From assembly GCF_021028975.2 (NCBI RefSeq), contig NC_059427.1:5022001-5086000 (forward strand): a stretch of DNA of 64,000 nt. The letters are read 5' to 3'. The translations under genes were made by a program, and so were the position numbers. Below are positions 13,489-24,715 of this stretch, piece after piece (positions within the stretch are counted from its first letter, which is position 1; every line of letters starts with the position of its first letter). The DNA is from Sphaerodactylus townsendi. Its lineage: Eukaryota. The notes beneath the pieces are model-generated. The model did no database searches, was not told where the DNA came from, and worked only from the letters and a program-made list of their open reading frames with translations.

Positions 13489-14078
13489 AGACCTCTTTTG
13501 CACGTGCAGGAGAATACATTTTCAATTCACTTCCAATGCATTTTGAAGGTGGATTTTACTGGGCGGAATAGCAAAATCCACTTTCAAACAATTGTGAAAG
13601 TACTGGTTGTGGTGGGTTTTCCGGGCTGTGCGGCCGTGGTCTGGTAGATCTTGTTCCTAACGTTTCGCCTGCATCTGTGGCTGGCATCTTCAGAGGTGTA
13701 ACACAGAGAGAAGTCTGTTTCACACTGGGTGACACTGTGTGACACTGATACAGTGTGCAACAGACTTTTCTCTTTGTTTCACCTCTGAAGATGCCAGCCA
13801 CAGATGCAGGCGAAACGTTATTAATTTTTTTTTATTTTTTCGACTTGATATACCGCCCCATCCCCAAAGGGCTCTGGGCGGTGAACAACACAAACAGTGT
13901 ACATAAAATCATTAAAACATAATTATCATAAATATCACTTAGGAACAAGATCTACCAGACCACGGCCACACAGCCCAGAAAACCCACCACAACCAGTTGA
14001 ATCCGGCCGTGAAAGCCTTCGACAATAAATTATGAAAGTAGATTGAATGTGCATTATTCTGCATGTGCAGAAGAGGCC
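13489..14078. mobile_element. Harbinger-like MITE (TIR GGCCTCTTCTGCACATGCAG) hosting nested insertions; partial copy at ~32715-32852
   Basis: GACCTCTTTTGCACGTGCAG ... CTGCATGTGCAGAAGAGGCC, flanked by TAA. Confidence 0.7.
13603..14027. mobile_element. Penelope-derived fold-back element with hammerhead motifs on both strands
   Basis: Long inverted arms. Hammerheads at 13656-13696 (-) and 13782-13820 (+). PLE 3' end. Flank duplication AATT(G/A)TGAAAGTA. Confidence 0.8.
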
Positions 14079-16474
14079 TAAGGTATGCACCAGTAGAGAT
14101 GGGGAGTACGATTGCTAATTGGAAACTCCTAGAGATTTAGAGATGGAGGCTGGGGAGGACAAGACCTCTGTGGAGCACGATGTCCTAGAGTCCACACTTC
14201 AAAGCATCTATTTACTCCAGATAGGGCTGCCAGCTCTGTCTGGAAAATTTGGGGGTGGAGCCTGGAGAGGAAGGGTCCTTAGCAGGGTACGATGCCATAG
14301 AGCTCACCCTTCAAAGCATTCAGGGGAAATAATGTCTGAGAGTCTGGCATCCCTGAAGCTAGCTCATTCCTGTAGATTTGGGGGTAGAACCTGGGGCGGG
14401 TGGAATTTGGGGAGGGGAAGGGTCTAAGTAGGGTATAATGCCATTGGGGTCCTCCTCCAATCAGCCATTTGCTCCAGGGGGACTAATCTCTGTAGTCAGT
14501 TGTAATTCCAGGAAATCTCCAGGCAGCATTGGGAGGTTGGCAGCCTGGGTGAGTGACTCTGGGTCCACTTTGGGAAGAGAGACAGGGTTTAGTGATTTTC
14601 AAAAAAAATCCTAGGTTGAGGAAAATAAAATTGGACAGGGTCATTTTGAGAACTGGTAGTAAGTGATGTGAAAGAACTTTATGCAAGCCCTGGGCTGCTG
14701 CGGCCAGTTTGAGTATGCAATACTGACCTTGATGAGCCAATGGTCTATTCAGGACAAGGCAGATTCATGTGCTGTGGGGTTGCATCAGAAACAATTAATT
14801 AAAGAGCAGTTTAATACCACATATAGCTCGGGAGCTCGCTGTTTCAATAAGTGTTTATTCCCATTTGGTCCTGCCAAGACACTTTGTCCACCATCCCAGA
14901 CCCTCTTTGGTGTTCCTCCACATTCAGAGGTCAGATTAGTGGTCATGAGAGGTGGGGTCATTTCCCTGGTGGCTTCCAGCCTTGGAAGAACCTTCCCCTT
15001 TCCCTGTATTGGATTTTGTTAGTTCCTGAAGTGTGACTTTTTTTGCTGCAACACACTAATGTCTGTGTTTATCCACTCACCTGCATCCCTTTGAGCTCTT
15101 TCCCCACAAACCCACAGCTGCGAGAACTCTGATCCTTTCTGAAGCCCATCCAGCACCGACTTCTTCTCATGCTAGGAAAGAAGTTGTGTGGTTCAGTGAA
15201 AGAGCCTCAGCTTTGCATGCAGATGGTCACAGGTTTGATCCCAGAAGAGAGTTTTATTCACAGCAGCATGTGATTAGCTCTTATACCTACCAGCAGTTTT
15301 AAATTATTGATTTTAACTAGCAGTATATACATATTCTTTGTATCTTATTTCCCTGCTTAAAAACCTTCAAAGGAGACTCCACCACCCTCTGAGAACAGAG
15401 GAAGGACTGAGGAAACAGGAGCAGACTCACCAGTTATTAGCACTTCTAAAGGGTAAAGAAGCACCAGGAATTGTGCTTGTGTGAACAGCTCCAATTGGTC
15501 TCAAGGGGTATGGTTTGGGAACATCTCTAGCTTGGAGCTGCTCTATACATACACAGCAGAACATGTGCTTCTGGCTACCAGTTTATTTATTTTTTTAGAC
15601 TTTTATACCGCCCTTCAGACTCAGGGCAGTTTCTGATATTCTGTACACTAGAATGTACTAAAAATCACTACTAGTAGAAAGCTAGCATATCAGGGAAAAG
15701 ACCAAGATAGAGAAGAAAAAGAAGAGTTATACCCTGCTTTACTCAACCATAAGGAGTCTCAAAGCAGCTTAAAAACTCCTTCCCTTCCACTCCCTGCAAT
15801 AGACAGCTTGTGAGGTAGGTGGGGCTGAGGAAGTTCAGAGAGAACTGTGATTGGCTCAAGGTCACCCAGCAGGCTTCATGTGTAGGAATGGGGAAACAAA
15901 TCCAGTTCACCAGATAAGAGTCCACTGCTCGTGTGGAGGAGTGGGGAATCAAATCCAGTTCTCCAAATCAGAGTCCACTGCTCTTAAGCAGTACACCATG
16001 CTGGCTCTACACCACAGAGTTTTTCTATTTGACATAAACAAATAGATCAAAAACGTTTTCTGTATGTAGGAAAGATTTTTTAAAGGAAAATTAAAATGGA
16101 GAATATAACAGTCTGCATGGTGTAGCTGTTAGAATGATGGGCTAGGATCTGGGAGAACCAGGTTCAAATCCCCACTCTGCCATGGAAGCTTTCTGGGTGA
16201 CCTTGGACCAGTCACACACTCTCAGCCTAACCTACCTCACAGGGTTGTCATTGTGAGAATAGAATGGCTCTCCTTGGGGGTGAAAGTTGGGGTATAGATG
16301 AAGTTCAATAAATAAATATGAATGGAAACCTTAGTTTGATTTAAACAATTCCTTTATTTCATCTTCAGATATGTGTAACAGGTAAAATCAGGTAACAGGT
16401 AAAAAAACAGGTAAAATCAATAGTAGAATAATTCTCAGATTGGGAACATTTTCAAATAAGTACCGGTAGACTAG

Positions 16475-16614
16475 GGCTGGTTCTGCATGGGCCAAAAACA
16501 GTGGTGTGAAAATGGTGTGAAAACGGTATAAACCCTTTTACACTGCTTTAAACCCTTTTACACCATTTTCACACCATTTTCACACCGCTGTTTTTGGCCC
16601 ATGCGGAACCAGCC
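16475..16614. mobile_element. 140-bp palindromic Harbinger-like MITE
   Basis: TIR GGCTGGTTC(T/C)GCATGGGCCAAAAACAG; flanks TAG/TAA. Confidence 0.75.
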
Positions 16615-16749
16615 TAATATAGTGCAGTTAGCATACTTGGAAGCAAACATTAGGAAGGGGAAAACTTCAAAAATAGGAAAATTATTAAAAAGAAAGAAGA
16701 GATGTAGGTAAGGGGAGGGGGTTTCCTGGGTTAAAAAAAAACCTATGTC

Positions 16750-17491
16750 CAAAGCTCTGCCCCCTGTTTGTGGGTTTGTTGTATTTTTCAGTGTTGTTTT
16801 AGTGTTGTTTTAATGTTGTTTGGCCTGTAGGGGAGGCGGAGTTTTTAGGCTAGCAGCACCAAAATTTCAGGGGTGTTTCGGGAGACTCTCCTGCTGCTAT
16901 CACCCAGGTTTGGTGAGGTTTGGTTCAGGGGTTCAAAGTTATGGACTCTCAAAGGGGGTGCCCCCATCCCCCATTGTTTCCAATGGGAGCTAATAGAAGA
17001 CAGGGGCGACACTTTTGAGCGTCCATATCTTTGGACCCCCTGAACCAAACTTCACCAAACCTGGGTGGTATCATCAGGAAAATCTCCTAAAGATACCCTG
17101 AAAGTTTGGTGCTGCTAGCTTAACAATTGCACCCCTGACAGCAGGCACCCCCCCAAATTTCCCCAGATTCTCTTTTTAAATCCCCCCCCCCTTTGGCATG
17201 GATTTAAAAGGGAGAATGTGAGGTTCCCAGTTTAAACATTGAAAGCGATGCTGTTTCAGGGTGGGGGATAATCCTCCCCAAAGCAGCATCAGTTTCAATG
17301 TTGTTTTAACTGGGGACCCCAGATTTTCCCTTTAAGGTGGGTTTAAAAGGAGAATCTGGGTTCCCTAGTTTAAACACCATTGAAAGTGATGCTGTTTGGG
17401 GGTGGATTCCAGCATCACAGCGGCTGCCCATGGGTGTGGGGCACAAAACTTAGATTTTGCACTGGGCTTCATTTTCCCTAGCTACGCCTCT
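16750..17491. mobile_element. Non-autonomous DNA transposon family with CAGAGGCGTAG ends (hAT-like); copies at 25743-26521, ~48911-49900, ~54260-54600
   Basis: Shared TTTTAGGCTAGCAGCACCAAAATTTCAGGG body, internal fold-back, terminus CTAGCTACGCCTCTG. Confidence 0.7.
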
Positions 17492-17728
17492 GCCCAGAGG
17501 GGAGGGCAGAAGGGACTGCAGCTGCACAGGCACCGTATTGGTGTTGCGCAGGTTGGGTGGCAGCCTGGCAGGGGGAGCTCTCTCTGGTGGTTCAGCAAGC
17601 TTCCATGCAGTGGTACAAAAGCCTTAGAGGGACTGTTGTTGGGGTCTTGGTCTAGACAGCTCACCTGAGTTAATACCATATTTATTCTTAATTTACAGAT
17701 AAGAGATTTCCCCCCAGTCAGAATTTTT

Positions 17729-19230
17729 CTATTGCTTTTCCCGAGTGTGAATAACTGCATGTCTTGTAAGGTTTGAATATTGACTAAAACAAAATCCACA
17801 TTCCTGGCACCTAAATGGCTTCTCTCCTGTATGAACTCGTTGGTGTATAATAAGGTTTGAGTTGTGACTGAAGGAACTTCGACATTCGGGGCACTGATAT
17901 GGTTTCTTCTTGATTTGTGTCTGACTAAAGCCCTTTTTACATTGCCCCGTCTGAACATCTTTATGTCTCTTAAGACTTCTATTGTGACAGAAGCTTTTCC
18001 CACAATCTAGGCATTTAAAGGGTTTCACCTCTTTGTGGATTCTTTGATGGTTAGTAAGCCTTTTGTTTAGGCTGAAGCACCTTCCACATTCCAAGCATTT
18101 ATATGGTTTTTCTCCTGTGTGGAATATTTGATGTTTAATTAGATTTGCATTTCGTGTAAACCTCTTCCCACATTCTGAACATCCATATATTTTCTCCCCT
18201 GTGTGAATTCTTTGATGGGTGGTAAGGCTTGAGTTTTGACTAAAGCTCTTGCCACATTCTGAACATTTATATGGTTTTTCACCTGTGTGGGTTCTTTGAT
18301 GCATAATAAGATTTTTACTCTGCATAAAACTTTTTCCACATTCCAAGCAGGTGTATGGTTTCTCGCCTGTGTGGGTTCTTTGATGTCCAATGAGGTTTGT
18401 GCTCTGCATAAAGCTTTTTCCACATTCTAAACATTTATATGGTTTTTCACTTGTATGGATGCGTTGATGCCTAGTGAGGTTTGTTCTGTGCATGAAGCAC
18501 TTTCCACATTCTAAACATTTATATGGTTTCTCACCCATGTGGTTTCCATGATGTACAATGAAGTTTGCACTCCTTCTGAAGCCCTTTCCAGACTTGAGGG
18601 ACTGACATGGCCACTCCCTTCTGTGAATTCTTTGATGTCTAATGAGACCTGATCGTTCCAGAAACCGTTTTCCACACTCAAAACATTTACAGGGTTTCTC
18701 CCCTGTGTGAGTTCTTTGATGCATATTAAGACTTGACTTCATACAAAAGCTCTTTTCACATTGCAGACATTTATATGGTTTCTCTCCTGTGTGGATTCTT
18801 TGATGCACAATGAGATAGGTGCTGTATGCAAAATTCTTTCCACATTCAAAACATTTGTACCGTTTCTCTCCCGTGTGGGTTCTTTGATGTACAATAAGAG
18901 CTGAGCTTTGACTGAATCTCTTTCCACACTGCAAGCAGTCATATGGTTTTTCCCCTGTGTGGATATTCCAATGCACTTTAAGGGTTGATATACTAGCAAA
19001 GGTTTTCCCGCAGGTAGAGCATTCAATCCTTTTCTTTCCTTCCTGAATTGTTTCATGGTAATTACCACTGTGACAACCAACAGAATTACTTCTTCTTTCA
19101 CCCACTTGACTTTCCTTCTTGCTTTGTGGGATATCATGATTCTCAATGTTCTCTTTAACTTCTGCATTTGTATCGCTTTCCTTCAATACTTGATGCATTT
19201 CATTTTCACTCTGTGTGTTCCAAACGTTGC
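17729..19230 (-). CDS. Gene C exon 3: C2H2 zinc-finger array
   Basis: 489-aa ORF. Acceptor GCAACAG|GC AAC GTT TGG is in frame with the ATG at 19198. Ends REKQ*. Confidence 0.92.
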
Positions 19231-21702
19231 CTGTTGCAATAAAGAGAATCCTGAAGTGAATTCAAAGAAGCTGAACATCAAATCAGAAAATGTCTGACAT
19301 GAAGCAATTCAACTCCTATGGAGAATAACAGAATGCAAAAGTTGTGTCTGTCAGGATACACATTTAAAACATAGTGGGGAGACATTCCTGCCACCATTAA
19401 GACCACTAACTGAATGACAGTAACAGCTAATCTAAAAAAGAATACCAGCTACCTGAAATGATCACTAATGAGAAATCCTTTCTATGATGAGAAGATGCTT
19501 TCATATGAGGCAATCTGTCCTCTATTTGGTCACAAACAGTCCTGCTCAACCCTCAAATATTGGTCTCGCCACTCCCAGCTCTGCCCTGGATTCTGGTGCA
19601 CCCATTTCCTGCAGACACAACTTCCTATTCCTTGAGCGATGAAATCTAACCCCACTACCAGCTTCCTGCCATGTAACTAGTTGCCCCAGAGAAAGAGCAG
19701 CTGAGATTTATCTTGGCCGCTGGGGCAGGGAGAGGGGCAGGCTCAGCACTGCCATCCAGCCCAACTATTACATATAACCTGGCTGGGCTGCCCAGCTGCC
19801 AGCGTGAGCGAGTAACATGCATGGAGGAGATGAGGCTGCAGCCTTATATGGGCAGGCCGGGCCATCCTGTGCTGACAGATTCTCCTGCCCGCCCACCTTC
19901 GTGGGCCTCAGTGGGGTTCTGCTTATGGTGATTGCTGTTATTTGCATTTCATCTGTCACAGCCTGGTGGGTTGTGCATGGGGACAGATCTGTTCAGGGGA
20001 GGAGGAGCCTGCATGCCAGTCCTCCCCATTTGGTGGGAGCCTCCATAAGAGGCCTGGGGGTATAGTAAGCTGTGAACCACATGCCCAGGCGGGGGCTGCT
20101 GGTGGCCACACCCCCTGGAAGCATGAGGGGTTAATCCAGAGGCCAGCGCCCAGATGGCTCCCACTATCTTGTTGCTCTGGACGCTGGTGTTTTCCCCCAT
20201 GCATCGGATGTGCTGCCCAGTGCCAGATAAGAACATAACAACATAAGAACAAGCCTGCTGGATCAGACCAGAGTCCACCCAGCACTCTGCTACTCGCAGT
20301 GGCCCACCAGGTGCCTTTGGGAGCTCACAGGCAGGTTGTGAAAGCAATGGCCTTCTGTTGCCTCTGCTCCCAAGCACCTGGTCTGCTAAGGCATTTGCAA
20401 TCTCAGATCAAGGAGGATCAAGATTGGTAGCCAAAGATCAACTTCTCCTCCATATATCTGCCCATCTTTTGCACCAGGTCATTTCAAAGTCAATATCACC
20501 TTATAGAACATGCCCCAACTCACAAATCTGAACACAGCAATAGTTCATGCCATTCAGCAGAAATTAAAATGTTTGATGTTTTCAAAATGCTTACAAAATG
20601 TTTTATTGCTGCTGTGAAAAAGTTTTATGGTGTTATATCCAACACACACAATTGCCCCCCAGCATTGGAAACAGCACAGTGCCAGGAGGGAGGGAGGGAG
20701 GGGACCACGACAAATTTCAAGCCATGTTTTTCACAGTAGTTGCACACATTGAATTTTAATGCTGACATTGCAAGGCACTTACTAACATTATTGACTCTTA
20801 ATTTGAAGCAGCTCCAAGGCCCAAGGGAGATAAAGCATCTATCTCTAGGAGGCAGGAGGGAAAGTCACTCCCACATTCCTCCCATTATGGCAATGTTCTG
20901 CAAACAGGGAAGATGCATACACCGGAGAGCAGGCACTTCCACTATAGGCAAGATCACTGAGTAATTTTGGGCCTGTCACATGCTTGTCGCCAAGCCTACC
21001 TCACAGGTCTGTTGTGAGGATATAGTGGAGGAGAGGAGAACTAGGTAAGCTGCTTCAGCTGAGCTTTCTATTTCCCACATGTGTTCAAGTGCTTCTCACA
21101 AAACACCTCCACCTGCAGCAAAACATTTCCCACACCCTAATCTAAGCATGGAGACCACTCACAAAACACCCCCCCCACACACACACACAGAGCAGAACAT
21201 TTCCCAAACAAATCTAAGCATGTAATCCTCTCACAAAATCCTCTTCTTCTTCTTCACTTCTCCTAAATCAAAGCATGCAATGAAACCTAATCTTTGCATT
21301 TGCCATGTTGGTCTTCTTCTGAGACAGAAAGCAATCCAGGACACTTCTTTGATGTGGGCAGGGAGAATAATATTTCCTCCCAGATTAAGGCAGTAATAGT
21401 AGTAGCACATTTTTATAGCCTTTTTTTTTAGTAGCAGCACGTTTTTATAGCCTACCATATTTTATTGTATTGAAATTTAATTCTATTTTTTTGTAACTTT
21501 TCCTAATGGTCTTTGATCACAATACTTCCTTTTCTTGTTGTTGTAACAAAATGTGTATGTAATGATCACAATGTGTACGCAATATTTGTTCATGTCTTGC
21601 AGCTCCCAAACATATCAAGTTTATTCCATGTGGCTCTTACGTTAAGCCAGTTTGGTCAACACTGCTGCATAGCCTCATCCAGTTATCTTGAAAAATACTC
21701 AC

Positions 21703-21820
21703 TTTCGGCAGCCATAGTTTGGAAGAAAACATCTTGGGGCAGTCTTTCTGGAGAAACCGCAAGAATTTCTCTAGGTTCAGGGCCCTCAGGTGGGAAGTTT
21801 TCCTCTTTGATGTCTGTCAT
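21703..21820 (-). CDS. Gene C exon 2 coding part (MTDIKEENFPPEGPEPREILAVSPERLPQDVFFQTMAAE); exon starts at 21831
   Basis: Acceptor CCTATAG|GT, accATG start, donor A|GTGAGT, 118 nt. Confidence 0.8.
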
Positions 21821-22067
21821 GGTCTTTTCACCTATAGGAGACAGCAAAGACTTTAGCAACCCCCAAAACTTCAGTCCCAGTTTCCACAAAAGCAGGTATT
21901 GCCAAAGAGAAGCAGAACAGAGGGAGAGATAGAGGTCAATGGTGAGAAAATATGCTAATATCATCCAATTCCTTCTGAGAAGGAATTTTCTGGAGGTATC
22001 TACTATGGGGTTGCAGCAGAAAATTAAGGCAAGGCATTGGTTTTCAATACCCTGACCTGTATGCCCT

Positions 22068-22225
22068 AGGCTAGCCTGATTCCATCAGAGTTGGAAGGTA
22101 AGCAAAGCAAGCCCTAGTTAGTACTTGGATGGGAGGCCACCCAGGAAGTCCAAGGTTGCTACTGCAAACCACCTCTGAATGTCTCCTGACTTGAAACCTC
22201 TGTGAAGCTGCCATGACTCGCACAT
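22068..22225 (+). mobile_element. 5S rRNA-derived SINE (SINE3-type) remnant; weaker fragments at ~42780-42820, 49905-49965, 58610-58680, 62470-62510
   Basis: TAAGCA...CCTAGTTAGTACTTGGATGGGAGGCCACC resembles the 5S internal control region and is followed by a non-5S body. Confidence 0.65.
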
Positions 22226-22239
22226 GGATTGCGGGCACC

Positions 22240-22790
22240 CTATAAAACCTTATACTGCTTGAGGGCTGGGTACTTAAAGATCCAATTGTCCCCATAAAGT
22301 CCTGTCCATGCACTGTGTTCACCATCATAAGCCTTTCTTTGTGTCGCCTTCCACCCTGGCCTTCAGACTTGGGATTAAAGGTTACAAGAGATGGTTCTTT
22401 CCCCACCGCTTTGGTCTATGGCTGATTACAGAACATTCCAACTCTTGATAGACTTTGTCCATATCGTTTGAAAACGCCTGAAACTCTTGTACATATTCTT
22501 TTGATTTGCCCCCAATACTCAACATTAAGATGTACCATTCCTGCCCTTGAGTTTGACTCCAACCCAAAGAACCTTTGTAATTTAAAGTTGGTATACAATT
22601 GCTATACTATGGCCATCACAAGGACACTGGAAGAACTGCAATTTTCTTAATGCGAGTGCTTAAGATGCATGACTTACCTTAGTGATATCAATTTCTATCT
22701 CGTGTTCGCTCTGTATCTGATTTTAAATTCATTTTTATTTCTCTTTGTATATTTACTCTATTTATGCCTGATAAAGGTTTTGTTGTTGTT
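22240..22790 (+). mobile_element. Non-LTR retrotransposon 3' end (RTE-X-like), CCHC knuckle remnant and (TTG)n tail
   Basis: CPY...PETLVHILLICPQY and the tail ATGCCTGATAAAGGTTTTGTTGTTG. Confidence 0.55.
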
Positions 22791-23069
22791 GGGTCTTTCA
22801 GGTGTGCTCCCCAGTTTTGGAGTGCCTTCCCCAATGGAAGACAGTTTTATTTAGGACTACATTTGACTGATTTTGTTTTTTTTAATTTATTGGCAGTCCT
22901 AACTGGAGTTTTTAAAGGGTGAATCTTTATCTGTTTTTGTAACTTTTGTATTATTGATATTACTTTTTATTGTGTTTTCTGTAACCCTTTTATTGCTATT
23001 GCAAGCCGCCTTGAGTTCGACAAGGGAGAGTAATAAATGTTTAAAATAAATAAAGAGCTAACTTAGGCA

Positions 23070-23200
23070 TTGTGTCACAGAAGGCTTTTAAGGCCAGAAT
23101 CAACTGGCTGTCGTGGTCTGGTGGTTTTTGCTCCTAACATTTCGCCTGCATCTATGGCTGGCATCTTCAGAGGCATGTCACGGTAAGATGTGTTTCTCTT
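23070..23200 (-). mobile_element. Penelope-like 3' end with hammerhead motif
   Basis: Reverse complement CCTCTGAAGATGCCAGCCATAGATGCAGGCGAAATGTTAGG. Confidence 0.7.
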
Positions 23201-23378
23201 CATGGCAATGTGTAAAGTGATTGTGTGGTGGGATATGTTTTGAGGAAGAAGAGTTTGGGTGGGGTTGGATGGTACTCTTCCATCAGATAGGGGAAATGTT
23301 GGGTGGGATTGGGCGGTACTGTTGGGTTTGGGTGGGGTTGGGGGGTACTGTTCCATCAGATAGGGGAAATGTTATGTA

Positions 23379-24015
23379 TGTCAGACTCTCGAATGTGGAA
23401 ATAACAGAGACCGTAGGAAAGCCCAAAAGCAGTTTATTCCAGGTAATACGAAAAGTTACAATGCAAAGCAGGATCTGAGCTAGAGAGCTCAGATCCAGGA
23501 CTTATATCCTTTAGCCCCCACCACCCCCGTTTCGCCCCACACCAAATATCCACTACAGCTTCTACTACAATTACACTACACAGTTTCAAAGAACCTGGGA
23601 ACCATTCACACTTCTCTGAAGGTGGACTGGTGCCAGGAGATTGCCAGGAAGGAAAGAGAAGAAGAGGAAGAGTTTGGATTTATATCCCCCCCTTTCTCTC
23701 CTGCAGGAGACTCAAAGGGGCTTACAATCTCCTTGCCCTCCCCCCCTCACAACAAACACCCTGTGAGGTAGGTGGGGCTGAGAGAGCTCCGAGAAGCTGT
23801 GACTAGCCCAAGGTCACCCAGCTGGCGTGTGTGGGAGTGCACAGGCTAATCTGAATTCCCCAGATAAGCCTCCACAGCTCAGGTGGCAGAGCGGGGAATC
23901 AAACCTGGTTCCTCCAGATTAGATACACGAGCTCTTAACCTCCTACGCCACTGCTGCTACATTTGCAAATCACACACAGCAAGACATCAAGGCATTGACA
24001 GGCATGGTCCTGACG
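23379..24015 (-). mobile_element. Solo LTR with nested SINE
   Basis: TGTCAG...CTGACG termini, flanks ATGTA/ACGTA, AATAAA and TATA on the - strand. Confidence 0.6.
23657..23958 (-). mobile_element. Young full-length tRNA/CORE SINE (near-identical + strand copy at 59847-60165)
   Basis: A box TGGCGTAGGAGG, B box GGTTTGATTCC, CpGs retained. Confidence 0.85.
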
Positions 24016-24545
24016 ACGTAGTGGTCATTAGAGAGCCACTGCAAATGCAAAAAAGATGTATTTCTTAAAGATGAAACCCAAACACCACAACAGAGTAAGA
24101 GAGCAGTCCAGTTCAGCAGATGTCTTCACCAAGATCTATGTTTAGAAAAGGGTGGGTGTGGATGATCTTTCAGGAAAAGAGGATCTCAGAGTCTCCTTGT
24201 TCTGGATGGGATTGCTCTCAGTGAACACACCTCCTTAAGGGTGGGGAGGAATCGCTCCTTTCTTTCTACCTCTTTCCCACAGGCAGGGGTGTCTTGCCCC
24301 TTCCTGGAGTCTGGCCGCCCACCCAGCTTCCAGCTTCCAAGAGACTGCAGTGGAACAACCTTCAGGGAATGAGCAAATGGAAACCAGAGGAGGGGGTGGG
24401 GGTTGAGACCCCTTCCTTTCTCCTCCTCCTCAGTTACAGAGCAGTCTGCCTTTGCTGCTCTCCGTTCTCTCTCCCTTGGGTCCCCCCTGTAACTCCCCCC
24501 TCCCAATTCATCCCTTTCTCTCTCCCAAGCCCCCTTTGAACTCAC

Positions 24546-24715
24546 CAGCTCCCTCCCAGCTTCTGAAGCATCTATCAGAGGCTGCCTTGGCCTGCACTGG
24601 AACTGATTCAGAATAAATGATTTTTTGCAGCTTAATTCCCCCCCTTCTCCCCCTGAATGCCTGTCTAGGACTGCAGCTCAGTCTCCTTAACCCTTGGAGA
24701 GAGTCTCAAAACTTG
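24546..24715 (-). promoter_or_regulatory. Gene C putative non-coding exon 1 / core promoter block
   Basis: AAGGGTTAAGGAGACTGAGCTGCAGTCCTAGAC ... GGAGCTG|GTGAGT. Confidence 0.6.

Noticed and set aside
22068-22150. 5S rRNA gene
   Set aside because: Diverged, partial and fused to a SINE body.
24687-24695. TTAA-CCCT as a piggyBac terminus
   Set aside because: No matching opposite terminus was found; the motif tracks gene position and orientation instead.
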